From Patescibacteria group bacterium (GTDB lineage Bacteria > Patescibacteriota > Minisyncoccia > RBG-13-40-8-A): a stretch of DNA of 64,000 nucleotides. The notes under the pieces were generated by a model that was not told the origin of the DNA, did no database searches, and saw nothing but the letters and a program-made list of their open reading frames with translations. Below are positions 36,375-46,205 of the stretch, piece after piece (within the stretch, counting starts at the first letter, position 1; every line of letters starts with the position of its first letter). Location: positions 8,464 through 72,463 of the forward strand of contig JAZDGD010000001.1 in the NCBI GenBank assembly GCA_043807255.1, in the 5' to 3' direction. Made by a program: the position numbers and the translations under genes.

Positions 36375-37375
36375 AAATTGATTAATAAGTTATTAATATA
36401 ATTTTTTATTTCTTGATAATTCTCTATTCCATTTTTGGGAATTACAACTGAAGCAATTTCTCCACTTAAATTTTTTGTATCAGAGATTACTAATGGGGGA
36501 GCAATGGTATTGAATTGAATTTTGCTCAAATCGGTCTTCTTTATTAATTTTAGAACATATTTAATGTCAATCAAACCGATATTTGTTTCTGCATTCTGTT
36601 TGAGATCGTTCCAAAGTCCCAAAATCGTGGGAAAGTTCCAAAGAACATTTAATTTCAATGCCTTGTCTTTTATCGCAGAAATAACTTGTTGTTGATGTTC
36701 TATTCTAGAAAAATCTCCATTGACTTGATTTCTAGTGCGAATGTATTTTAAAGCGGTCTCTCCGTTTAAATGCTGAACACCTTTTTGTAAAGAAAACGTC
36801 TCATAAGAATTATATTCTGCGGGGAATTTGGGGTCATAGATATCTTCTTCTATCTCGACATCAATTCCGTCTAATTTGTCAATTATTTGTTTTACGCCAC
36901 TTAAATCCAAAACCAAATAATAATTAATATCTAAATCGGTAATTTCTTTAATTTTTGTTTTAATTATTTCAATCCCGCCATATTTATATAAAGCATTGAT
37001 TTTTGTATAATAATTTTTTTCTGGATATTTAACCAATAAGTCGCGAGGAATAGATATGGCAATCGGATTCTCTCCTTTGGGCGAACTATTGATAATTAAA
37101 ATTGTGTCTGTTAGTTGTGGCGCAGAATTGCCTTCGCCGGGAATTCCTAAGAATAAAAAATTAATCCTGTCTTTTTTGAGTTGGCTCAATGTTGTTTGAT
37201 CGATCTTGCCAAAATCAGTAATCTGTGCAAAATTATTATTATTAATAACGATTTCTTTTTTAAAAGAAATTTTAAAAGTTGATTTTATTACGATTATGAT
37301 TGAACAAATTAAAAGAACAATAGTTATGCTTAAAATACATAATTTTTTGATTTCTTTTTTAGGGTTTTTGTTCAT
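36371..37375 (-). CDS. LytR-CpsA-Psr (LCP) family protein
   Basis: N-terminal TM; TDTI, SIPRDL, KINA, ALKYIRTR..DFSR..QQ motifs. Confidence 0.93.
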   Translation of the reverse strand: MNKNPKKEIKKLCILSITIVLLICSIIIVIKSTFKISFKKEIVINNNNFAQITDFGKIDQTTLSQLKKDRINFLFLGIPGEGNSAPQLTDTILIINSSPKGENPIAISIPRDLLVKYPEKNYYTKINALYKYGGIEIIKTKIKEITDLDINYYLVLDLSGVKQIIDKLDGIDVEIEEDIYDPKFPAEYNSYETFSLQKGVQHLNGETALKYIRTRNQVNGDFSRIEHQQQVISAIKDKALKLNVLWNFPTILGLWNDLKQNAETNIGLIDIKYVLKLIKKTDLSKIQFNTIAPPLVISDTKNLSGEIASVVIPKNGIENYQEIKNYINNLLINL

Positions 37376-37505
37376 TAATTATATTATAACACATAAGAAA
37401 TTCGGAAAATATAATCGGGCTCATAATTAACTGCGCTTAATTTTTGTAGATATTCTTTACATTGCTATTGACAAGATATTTTACAAGAACTATACTTATA
37501 AGCAT

Positions 37506-38282
37506 ATGCTTTCAAAATTTATTCAACAATTACGTCAGAAAAATAATTTAACCCAAGAATATTTGGCGTCTAAGTTAAACATGTCTCGTCCCACATACGC
37601 CCAAATAGAACAAGGAGAGAGAGAGTTAAATATTTCAGAAGCAAACAAATTGTCTGAAGTTTTTAATGTTTCACGGGAGAATTTATTAAATGAAATAGAT
37701 TCTAGTATTATGATAGATGTTCAAAATGATAAGGCCTTAAGCACAAAAGAGAAGATGGGGATTAGAATCAATGTTCCTCAAAAAAATATTAAGAAGTTTA
37801 AAGAAATATTCTTGTACGTTTTGTCGAAGATTGGTAGCAAGCTTAATGTCGGCGAAAGTGTTTTAAACAAACTTTTTTACTTTATCGATTTTGATTATTA
37901 TGAAAAATATGAGGAACAAATAATCGGGGCCACTTATATAAAAAATCATTATGGGCCAACTCCGTGCGAATTCAAAAAAATCATAGAAGAAATGAAGAAA
38001 AGTAATGAAATCGAAGAGGTAAAAAGTAAATATTTTCAATTTGATCAGAAGAAGTTTTTACCATTAAGGAAGCCGAACCTTGATATTTTGACCGCCAGAG
38101 AAACGGAGCATATTGATGATGTTTTAAGTCGTCTTTCTGATAAAAGTGCCAATGAAATCAAAGAATATTCACATGGCGATATGCCATTTTTGGTGCATAG
38201 GGACGGAGAAAAAATAAACTACGAAAGCGTTTTTTATCGTGATGAAAAGTATTCGGTAAGAACATATGACGATGAGCTTTGA
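37506..38282 (+). CDS. HTH-XRE + Panacea (DUF4065) antitoxin
   Basis: N-terminal XRE HTH (LTQEYLA..SRPTY..IE.G); LNKLFYFIDF, HYGPTP, YSHGDMPF; promoter TTGACA-17-TATACT at 37468-37496. Confidence 0.85.
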   Translation: MLSKFIQQLRQKNNLTQEYLASKLNMSRPTYAQIEQGERELNISEANKLSEVFNVSRENLLNEIDSSIMIDVQNDKALSTKEKMGIRINVPQKNIKKFKEIFLYVLSKIGSKLNVGESVLNKLFYFIDFDYYEKYEEQIIGATYIKNHYGPTPCEFKKIIEEMKKSNEIEEVKSKYFQFDQKKFLPLRKPNLDILTARETEHIDDVLSRLSDKSANEIKEYSHGDMPFLVHRDGEKINYESVFYRDEKYSVRTYDDEL

Positions 38283-38607
38283 TGAATTACCAGAATTTCT
38301 AAAAGAATTTAAGCATTATATCAAGAAATATAAATCACTGAGTGCCGATTTGTTAGAGTTTCAGAAAATTTTGTTAGTACGACCATTGGGCAACGGAAAA
38401 CATTTTAATGTTATTACAATTTTTGATAACGTAAAAATAGTGAAGGCAAGACTATTTTGTCGTTATTTGAAAGGGGCCTCTAATCTTAGAGTAATTTATG
38501 CTTATTGCGAAGATAGTCAAAAAATAGAATTTATAGAAATTTATTTTAAAGGAGAAAAAGAGAACGAAGACAAAGAAAGAATAAAAAATTATTTAAAAAA
38601 TTTATAA
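38266..38607 (+). CDS. RelE-like putative toxin
   Basis: Overlaps the antitoxin stop; EFLKEFK..KKY.SL..DL, KARL, LRVIY, IEIYFKGEKEN pattern. Confidence 0.7.
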   Translation: MTMSFDELPEFLKEFKHYIKKYKSLSADLLEFQKILLVRPLGNGKHFNVITIFDNVKIVKARLFCRYLKGASNLRVIYAYCEDSQKIEFIEIYFKGEKENEDKERIKNYLKNL

Positions 38608-38696
38608 TTTCTATTTAATTATTCGTATGTCCGACGAAATCGGATGTTTTTTGTTTTAATTTGCATTTTTATAAAAAACCTTTATAATAGAGCTAT

Positions 38697-39266
38697 ATGA
38701 TGGAAGAGAATAAACCAAAAATCTCTGGTTTTAAGTACGGGTTAGATTTCGTTTGGGAAATCTTAAAAATTGTTGTAATCTCTTTGGCAATCATTGTGCC
38801 GATTAGATATTTTTTAATTCAACCGTTTTTTGTTAAGGGTGCGTCAATGGAGCCGAATTATTTAGATGGTGATTATTTAATTATTGATGAAATTAGTTAT
38901 AGGTTTGAAACGCCAAAAAGAGGAGAGGTAATTATTTTTAGATATCCTTTGGACCCAACACAGTTTTTTATAAAAAGAGTTATTGGCTTGCCAGGAGAAA
39001 CCGTTAAGGTTGAAAATGGGAAGGTAATCATTGAAGAGCAGTCTGGTAATTCATTTATTTTAGATGAATCAAAATATTTAGATGGAGTTAATACCGCCGG
39101 CAACATTGAAACAACGCTTGAGAATAACGAATATTTTGTTTTAGGGGATAATCGTAATGCGAGTTCGGATTCGCGAAGATGGGGCGAGGTTGATAAGAAA
39201 CTTATTATTGGTCGTGCTTGGTTACGTGCTTGGCCATTTAATCGTTTAGGGGCATTGTTAAAATAA
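38697..39266 (+). CDS. lepB: Signal peptidase I
   Basis: GASMEP, FIKRVIGLPGE, GDNRNASSDSR motifs. Confidence 0.96.
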   Translation: MMEENKPKISGFKYGLDFVWEILKIVVISLAIIVPIRYFLIQPFFVKGASMEPNYLDGDYLIIDEISYRFETPKRGEVIIFRYPLDPTQFFIKRVIGLPGETVKVENGKVIIEEQSGNSFILDESKYLDGVNTAGNIETTLENNEYFVLGDNRNASSDSRRWGEVDKKLIIGRAWLRAWPFNRLGALLK

Positions 39267-39272
39267 TTAATT

Positions 39273-39387
39273 GCTCGAATTTTTTATATAAAAGACACGT
39301 GTTGATTTTTTTAATAAAAAAATCACACTCTATCTCAGCCGACTGCTGTCGGCTTCCGATGCGGACTTTTATACAAATAATTCTCGC
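39273..39387. repeat. 115-bp structured dispersed repeat, copy 2
   Basis: Near-identical to 30653-30769 except for a swapped inner hairpin. Confidence 0.88.
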
Positions 39388-39404
39388 TAGGAAATAAAAG
39401 AATT

Positions 39405-40736
39405 ATGAAACAAGAAAAAAAGAAAAGAGGAAGGCCTTCAAAGCCAAGAAAACCAAAAATTTCTAAAATCAAAATTCAAGCACCAAAAGGGGTGCATGAT
39501 ATTTTGCCAGAAGAACAAAAGTACTGGGAAAAACTTTATGCCGTGATTGCACAAGTTTTGCCAGGATATGGATTTAAAAGAATTGATGTTCCAGTTTTTG
39601 AGGATGCGCGTCTTTATTTGCGCGGCACTGGGGCAAGCACAGACATTGTGCAAAAAGAGATGTACACTTTTAAAAAGGGCGATGCGGAGCTTTTCGCATT
39701 GCGTCCAGAATTTACTCCGGGGATTGTTCGTGCTTATATTGAACACGGAATGAAAAATTTACCACAACCAGTAAAACTTTATACAACTGGACAATTATTC
39801 AGACATGATAAACCACAGGCAGGCAGATTTAGACAATTTAATCAAATTGACTGGGAGATTATTGGTGACCAAGGAGCAGTAAGCGATGTGCAGGTTATTC
39901 AAACATTTACAAGCATTTTAAAGAAACTTAATCTAAAGAAATATACATTATATATTAATAGTATTGGTTGTTCGATTTGTGTTCCTAAATACAAAAAAGC
40001 GTTAATTGGTTATTATCGACAACGCTTAAATAATGTTTGCCCGGATTGTCACCGCAGGTTCAAAGAAAACCCATTAAGATTATTGGATTGTAAAAATGAG
40101 AAATGTCAGAAAACATCTCTAAAGTCACCACAGATATTAGATTTTCTTTGTGACGAATGCCATAAACATTTTAAAGAAGTTTTAGAATTTCTTGATGAAT
40201 TAGAAATTCCTTATCAATTAAATCCTCAATTGGTCAGAGGCCTTGATTATTATACAAAAACAGTTTTCGAATTTTATGAAGATACCAAAGAGACCTCATC
40301 CCAGGGAGCATTGATGGGTGGGGGCAGATATGACAATCTTGTAGAAATGTTTAAAGGCAGATCAACGCCAGGAGTTGGTGCGGCAGCGGGAATGGAACGA
40401 CTTATAAATGTAATAAAAAAACAGGACGTTAAATTGATAGAAAAAGAAAAATCAAAAGTGTTTCTTATTCAACTGGGAGACATGGGCAGGAAGAAGTGTT
40501 TAAAATTATTCGAAGAGTTTCATTCCAAGGGCATAAAAATTGGCGAAGCATTTTCAAAAGAGAGCATTAAGTCACAGCTAAAGGTCGCAGACAAAGAGGG
40601 CGCGGAATGGGCATTGATTATGGGTCAGAGAGAAGCACTCGAAGACACCATAATTATCAAAGATATGAAAACAGGCGCTCAAGAAACAATAAGATTAGAT
40701 AGAATAATTAACGAGGTTAAAAAAAGAATAGGGTAA
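39405..40736 (+). CDS. hisS: Histidine--tRNA ligase
   Basis: KEMYTF, LRPEFT, FRHDKPQAGRFRQF, LVRGLDYY, GGGRYD motifs. Confidence 0.97.
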   Translation: MKQEKKKRGRPSKPRKPKISKIKIQAPKGVHDILPEEQKYWEKLYAVIAQVLPGYGFKRIDVPVFEDARLYLRGTGASTDIVQKEMYTFKKGDAELFALRPEFTPGIVRAYIEHGMKNLPQPVKLYTTGQLFRHDKPQAGRFRQFNQIDWEIIGDQGAVSDVQVIQTFTSILKKLNLKKYTLYINSIGCSICVPKYKKALIGYYRQRLNNVCPDCHRRFKENPLRLLDCKNEKCQKTSLKSPQILDFLCDECHKHFKEVLEFLDELEIPYQLNPQLVRGLDYYTKTVFEFYEDTKETSSQGALMGGGRYDNLVEMFKGRSTPGVGAAAGMERLINVIKKQDVKLIEKEKSKVFLIQLGDMGRKKCLKLFEEFHSKGIKIGEAFSKESIKSQLKVADKEGAEWALIMGQREALEDTIIIKDMKTGAQETIRLDRIINEVKKRIG

Positions 40737-40743
40737 AATCAAT

Positions 40744-40956
40744 ATGCAAGTTACAAAAAAACCAAGAGAAAATGTATCTTCTTTAATGAGACGTTTTTCG
40801 CAAAAGGTAAGAGAAAGTGGGATTTTAATGGAAGCAAAAAAGTCACAATTTCGTACAAAACCACAAAGCAGAATTATACGCAGAAAAGGTGCCTTAGAGA
40901 GGGTCTCAATTAGAAAAGCGAAGATGCGTTTAAGAAAATTTGGAAAAATTAAATAA
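40744..40956 (+). CDS. rpsU: 30S ribosomal protein S21
   Basis: Basic 70 aa; ENVSSLMRRF..KV..SGIL pattern; upstream of yqeY. Confidence 0.8.
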   Translation: MQVTKKPRENVSSLMRRFSQKVRESGILMEAKKSQFRTKPQSRIIRRKGALERVSIRKAKMRLRKFGKIK

Positions 40957-41012
40957 TTAAATATTATTCGTAGATTCGTATATCAATTCGTAGATTCGAA
41001 TAATACATTCAT

Positions 41013-41501
41013 ATGTTACGAGAAAAAATTAATAGCGATATTAAACAAGCAATGATTGCGAAGCAAGAATTGTTGCTTTTAGTTTTAAGGGGAGTCAATG
41101 CTTCAATTAAAAACAAAGAAATTGAAAAAAGGACGAAGCTCGTCAAGACTGAAAAAGATTTAACAAAATTAGAGGGATTGTGTAAGTTAAATGACGAAGA
41201 AATAATTGACGTTATTTCTGGCGAAGCAAAAAAAAGAAAAGATTCAATTTTTGAATTTGGAAAAGGAAATAGACAGGACTTGGTAGATAAAGAACAAAAA
41301 GAATTGGAAATTTTAAAACAATATTTACCAGAACAAATGTCAGAAGATGCAATAAGAGAAATTGTGAAAAAGGCAGTCGAAGAAACTGGCGCAGTTGGAC
41401 CGAAAGATACCGGGAAGGTAATGTCCAAAATTATGCCACAAGTCAAAGGCAAAGCCGATGGCTCGATGGTCAGTAAGATCGTTGGAGAATTGTTAAAATA
41501 A
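41013..41501 (+). CDS. GatB/YqeY domain protein
   Basis: KKRKDSI..F..G.R.DL...E..E..IL..YLP.Q and KGKADG motifs. Confidence 0.93.
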   Translation: MLREKINSDIKQAMIAKQELLLLVLRGVNASIKNKEIEKRTKLVKTEKDLTKLEGLCKLNDEEIIDVISGEAKKRKDSIFEFGKGNRQDLVDKEQKELEILKQYLPEQMSEDAIREIVKKAVEETGAVGPKDTGKVMSKIMPQVKGKADGSMVSKIVGELLK

Positions 41502-41522
41502 TTTAATAATTAATTTAATAAT

Positions 41523-43100
41523 ATGAATCAAGAATTACAAGATTACATTAAAAAGGCCCGAGTGGCAGGGATGAATGACGGGCAAATAAAGCAAGAACTA
41601 TTAAAAGTGGGATGGCAAGAACAAGATATTAATCAAGAGTTTAGCGGTGTGTCTGCCTCTCTTCCTGCACCGATATCGAATTCTATTCCGCAAGAAACAA
41701 TCGAACGAGAAGATTTTTCTAAATATGTTAAACCGGAAAAGAACAATAAATCTAAAATTTTAATTTCAATTATTGTTTTGGCATTGATTGCAGTCGGGGT
41801 GTTGGGTTACATGTTTTTAATTAAGCCAGCAATCTCTAAAAATGCTGGTTCGTGGGAAACATATGAGGACGATCTGTATGGGATTCAATTTAAATACCCA
41901 GAAGCTTTGAAGTTGGTAAAAGATACTGGAGTTTCAAAAGAATTTTTTGGAGGTGGGAATGCGGTATTGCGAACCGAAACCTTTTTGAATTTAGGGGAAT
42001 ATAAATCGGAGGATCCTTTAAATAGCTCACAAACAGTAGATATAAATGTTTATAGAAACGCAGAAGTGGATGAAATTCCATTTTTGGGAGATTGTACAAA
42101 TATGGATAAAATAAGCGAAAATGATATTTCTTTCGGTAATAAAACCGCAAAAGAAATGGTTTGTGGTTTTCAAATTGATAAATATCCGGACATTTATAAA
42201 GATTACAAGGGTCCAAAAGTTATAAGAGAATATATTGTTAAAAATGCAGATTTTAGTTATTTTATAAAAACTTTTGTTTGTGACGGAGAAAGTAAAAGCG
42301 ACGACTGTAATAAATTTATTTCAAACTTTAAATTTGTTGAGTCAAAAATAAATTTAATGGCTTTCGGGAAAATTTATAAACAAAATTCAGATTGGTACCT
42401 GAGCCATATGAAGCCAGGGGTGGGATACGGCGGATTTTTTAGTTACACCAAAGAAGAAATTAAATTAGACATAGATAATGCTATTTGTGGAGAGACAAAA
42501 GATACAAATCAATTAGACTTTGACCCAACAAAAATCGAATCTATCTCATACAAGGATTGCAAAGAATACCTTGCGGGTAATGCACCAGATGAAGCAGGCA
42601 TAGAGGGAACATTAAATGGAAACGAAATAATTGTTAAACGAATAATACTTAAATCAAGCCAAGAAATTTTAAATAATTCAGGAGATCAGCCAAATCAGGA
42701 TGCAAACAAGAACTTAACAAAAAATTGTGGCTTGATCGAAAATATGAGGGCAATTGTTGATACGGATGATCCTTACTTAAATACAGAGTTTAATGATGGT
42801 TTTAAGTGTATGCAGGGGGCGCTTTTGAATGATTGTCAAATGGCTAGTTTGGATACGGCGAGTACGATGGATGGAGATGTTATTAAAATGTTTTATAAAA
42901 TTCGAGGCAAGGAAAAAGAAAGTTGTTTAATCTCCGTTGAAATTCCGGGCATGAAACCTAGTATTTGTAGGATCCCATTAAATAAAATACCAGAGTTCAA
43001 AGCAGAGAATGATAAAAATGAGCACAGTGACGCAAGTTTGTTTAATTTCGTGGTTGACGGGGCCATGAAAGATGATCCAAGGGTTATTTGTGAAGATTAA
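41523..43100 (+). CDS. Membrane-anchored surface protein with N-terminal helical module
   Basis: N-terminus similar to 5797 protein; one TM; WETYED..YGIQFKYP (PsbP-like); Cys-rich C-terminus. Confidence 0.7.
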   Translation: MNQELQDYIKKARVAGMNDGQIKQELLKVGWQEQDINQEFSGVSASLPAPISNSIPQETIEREDFSKYVKPEKNNKSKILISIIVLALIAVGVLGYMFLIKPAISKNAGSWETYEDDLYGIQFKYPEALKLVKDTGVSKEFFGGGNAVLRTETFLNLGEYKSEDPLNSSQTVDINVYRNAEVDEIPFLGDCTNMDKISENDISFGNKTAKEMVCGFQIDKYPDIYKDYKGPKVIREYIVKNADFSYFIKTFVCDGESKSDDCNKFISNFKFVESKINLMAFGKIYKQNSDWYLSHMKPGVGYGGFFSYTKEEIKLDIDNAICGETKDTNQLDFDPTKIESISYKDCKEYLAGNAPDEAGIEGTLNGNEIIVKRIILKSSQEILNNSGDQPNQDANKNLTKNCGLIENMRAIVDTDDPYLNTEFNDGFKCMQGALLNDCQMASLDTASTMDGDVIKMFYKIRGKEKESCLISVEIPGMKPSICRIPLNKIPEFKAENDKNEHSDASLFNFVVDGAMKDDPRVICED

Positions 43101-43137
43101 AAATCGTTGGAGAATTATTAAAATAAATTATGAAAAT

Positions 43138-43275
43138 ATGAACAACGAAATAAATATTTTTACGAAAAAATTGCCAGGATGGATATTTGTCGTGGCAATG
43201 TTTTTCGCAGCAGTCGCGGTTGTTTTAATCGCGCAAGGCGCTTTTTTAATAATTGATGACATGAGCAGAATATAA
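43138..43275 (+). CDS. Small hypothetical membrane peptide
   Basis: Single hydrophobic segment filling the gap before ybeY. Confidence 0.35.
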   Translation: MNNEINIFTKKLPGWIFVVAMFFAAVAVVLIAQGAFLIIDDMSRI

Positions 43276-43280
43276 TAGTA

Positions 43281-43673
43281 ATGAAAGTCGAGATAAATAA
43301 ATTAGTTTCCGATAAGATTGATTTGAAATTTTTAGAGAAATTTGCACAAAAAGTGCTAAAATTAATGAAGTTGAACGTCGTTAATTTGAGTATCGCGATT
43401 GTTGATGACGCAAAAATGAAGGCGTTAAATAAGAAGTATCGCAAAAAAAATAAAACAACGGACGTATTGTCGTTCGATTATGGGGAAATAATTATTTGTT
43501 TAAATCAGGCCAAGAGACAAGCAAAAAAAGAAAAACATTCCTTAGAACAAGAATTAGAAATGTTGTTACTTCATGGTATACTGCATTTAGCGGGGTACGA
43601 TGACCAAACAAAAAAAGATTATAATAAGATGATAATTAGGCAAGGGGGAATATGGCGAGAAATCAAATTATAG
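43281..43673 (+). CDS. ybeY: rRNA maturation RNase YbeY
   Basis: LNKKYR.K.K.TDVLSF and HGILHLAGYD motifs. Confidence 0.93.
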   Translation: MKVEINKLVSDKIDLKFLEKFAQKVLKLMKLNVVNLSIAIVDDAKMKALNKKYRKKNKTTDVLSFDYGEIIICLNQAKRQAKKEKHSLEQELEMLLLHGILHLAGYDDQTKKDYNKMIIRQGGIWREIKL

Positions 43674-44911
43674 TTGGGTTAGATGTTGGCACGAGCAAGG
43701 TTAGGACCGTGGTGGCATCAATTAAAACCAAAGAGGAGGCAAAGCCAAGAATTATTGGTATTGGCGAGAGCAATTCTTTTGGTATGCGCAAAGGTATGGT
43801 CGTGGATATTGAAGAAATGACCAAAAGTATTAAAAAATCAATTGAACAAGCCGAGAGAATGATTGGCGATCCGATTGACAAGGTCTACGTAGCAGTTGGC
43901 GGGAGCCATATTAAGGCCAGAAGCAGTAAGGGAGTCGCAGCTGTTTCGCGAGCAGATAATAATGAATTTACTGATGGCGATATGAATCGCGCAATTACCA
44001 ATGCTTCTGCTGTTTCTCTGGGGCCGAATAAAGAAATTTTAGACATTATTTCACAAGAATTTAATATTGATGGTCAGGGAGGAATTCAAGATCCAAGAGG
44101 AATGAGTGGTGTGCGACTCGAGGTAGACACACTAATTATTGAAGGACAGGCACAATATTTGAAAAATTTAAGAAAGTGTTTAACTTTAAATAGAATTGAA
44201 CCAGAGGCGTTAATTTTAGATGTTTTGGCCGCGTCTGACGCGGTGCTTTCAAAAAAACAAAAAGAATTAGGAGTATTGGTTTTAGATTTAGGCGCGGGCA
44301 CAACTGGCATGGCAGTGTATGAAGAAGGTAAGTTGTTAGATGTACAAATTTTGCCAATTGGTTCTAGCCACATTACGTACGATATAGCAATTGGCTTAAA
44401 AACCAGTCCCGATGTTGCGGAAAAAATTAAAATTGCTTATGGTACCTGTTTGCCAGAAGAAATTGGCAAAAAAGATATTATTGATTTATCAAAAATAGAT
44501 GAGAACGAAGAAGGGGTTGCGAGTCGAAAAGAAATGTCACGGATTATTGAGGCGAGAATTGATGAGATTTTTGAATTAGCAAACAGAGAATTAAAAAGAA
44601 TTAACAGAGAAAGAAAATTGCCCTCGGGAGTTATTTTGGTTGGCGGTGGTTCGAAAATTTCAGGCATTATTGATTTAGCAAAAGACAAATTGAAATTAAA
44701 TGTTCAGATTGGATATCCGCAAGAAATTGATGGTTTAGTTGATAAGGTTGATGATCCATGCTTTGCGACGGCGGTGGGGTTAATTCACAAAGCAATGGAA
44801 TTACAAGACAGGGGGGAGAATATGAGAATTCCGTTTATTGGAAACTTGAATCATAAAAGCAAGGGCTTGTTAGATAGAATTAAGAAGTTGTTTAGACCCT
44901 TTATTCCCTAG
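43652..44911 (+). CDS. ftsA: Cell division protein FtsA
   Basis: GLDVGTSKV, GMSGVRLE, DLGAGTT, LVGGGSK motifs; upstream of ftsZ. Confidence 0.96.
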   Translation: MARNQIIVGLDVGTSKVRTVVASIKTKEEAKPRIIGIGESNSFGMRKGMVVDIEEMTKSIKKSIEQAERMIGDPIDKVYVAVGGSHIKARSSKGVAAVSRADNNEFTDGDMNRAITNASAVSLGPNKEILDIISQEFNIDGQGGIQDPRGMSGVRLEVDTLIIEGQAQYLKNLRKCLTLNRIEPEALILDVLAASDAVLSKKQKELGVLVLDLGAGTTGMAVYEEGKLLDVQILPIGSSHITYDIAIGLKTSPDVAEKIKIAYGTCLPEEIGKKDIIDLSKIDENEEGVASRKEMSRIIEARIDEIFELANRELKRINRERKLPSGVILVGGGSKISGIIDLAKDKLKLNVQIGYPQEIDGLVDKVDDPCFATAVGLIHKAMELQDRGENMRIPFIGNLNHKSKGLLDRIKKLFRPFIP

Positions 44912-44969
44912 CCCTTGATTATTTTTTTGATTTGATATAGTATGGAATTCTAGTAAAATACTACAAAAC

Positions 44970-46121
44970 ATGCCCCAAATCAAACCAGAAATTGAAACAT
45001 TTGCCCGCATTAAAGTTGTGGGAGTTGGCGGAAGTGGTTGTAACGCCATTAGTCGTATGATGTCCTGTGGAATCAAGGGCGTTGATTTTGTTGCCATTAA
45101 TACTGATGTTCAGGCATTACACAACAATAAGGCGCAACACAAAATTCATATTGGAAAAGTTTTGACGCGAGGTATGGGTGCGGGCATGAATCCAGAAATT
45201 GGCAGAAGAGCAGCTGAAGAAAATAAAGAAGAAATTCAACAAGCACTTCGTGGTTCAGATATGGTTTTTGTAACATGTGGTTTGGGTGGTGGCACAGGTT
45301 CGGGTGCTTCGTCTGTTGTGGCAGAACTTGCCAGAGAAACAGGAGCATTAACCGTGGCCGTTGTTACCAAGCCTTTTTCTTTTGAAGGCACACAAAGAAT
45401 GAGAATCGCCGAAGAGGCATTGACGGACTTAAAGCAGAAAGTAGATACAATAATTGTAATTCCTAATGATCGACTTTTAAATATTATCGATAAGAAGATT
45501 TCTCTTTTAAATGCATTTGGAATCGTTGATGATGTTTTGCGTCAAGCAGTTCAAGGAATTTCTGATTTAATTATTTATCCAGGTATTGTCAATTTGGATT
45601 TTGCAGACATTAAAACAATAATGGAAAACTCTGGTCCAGCAATCATGGGCATAGGACGAGCTACGGGAGAAGACAGGGCGATTGAAGCAGCAAAAGCAGC
45701 AATCAGTTCTCCGTTATTAGAATTTTCAATTGAAGGCGCAAAAGGGGTTTTATTTAATGTTACTGGTGGTTCTGATTTAGGAATGATTGAAGTTGCCGAA
45801 GCGGCGAAAGTAATTACCGAATCAGCGGATAAAGATGCAAAAGTTATTTTCGGCGCAGTTATCGATGAAAAAATTAAAAAGGGCGAAATAAAAATCACAG
45901 TTATTGCAACTGGGTTTAACCACAATGGTTCGAGTCATTCTAATCAAATGTCGATAACTTCAGAAATGAATGCGCCAATTAATGTTGAGGTTGAAAAAAG
46001 AAGAATAATTAGCAAAGAAATTATTAAAGAAGAAAATACAAAAACAGGATACAAGAGTCCATTGGCCGATGACAGCGGTGACGAATGGGACATTCCTACA
46101 TTTTTAAGAAAAAAGAAATAA
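44970..46121 (+). CDS. ftsZ: Cell division protein FtsZ
   Basis: GGGTGSG tubulin motif, NLDFAD, C-terminal DIPTFLRK. Confidence 0.98.
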   Translation: MPQIKPEIETFARIKVVGVGGSGCNAISRMMSCGIKGVDFVAINTDVQALHNNKAQHKIHIGKVLTRGMGAGMNPEIGRRAAEENKEEIQQALRGSDMVFVTCGLGGGTGSGASSVVAELARETGALTVAVVTKPFSFEGTQRMRIAEEALTDLKQKVDTIIVIPNDRLLNIIDKKISLLNAFGIVDDVLRQAVQGISDLIIYPGIVNLDFADIKTIMENSGPAIMGIGRATGEDRAIEAAKAAISSPLLEFSIEGAKGVLFNVTGGSDLGMIEVAEAAKVITESADKDAKVIFGAVIDEKIKKGEIKITVIATGFNHNGSSHSNQMSITSEMNAPINVEVEKRRIISKEIIKEENTKTGYKSPLADDSGDEWDIPTFLRKKK

Positions 46122-46205
46122 AAAATTTGTTTTATTAGATCAAAAATTTCGCCCCTTGCGCGAAATTTTTTAATAGTTTAAAATTAAGTATCGGGTTTCA
46201 ATTTT

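Noticed and set aside
40966-41001. ATTCGTAG-like short tandem units between rpsU and yqeY
   Set aside because: Only one locus in the window; possibly another periodic element but too little support to define a family.
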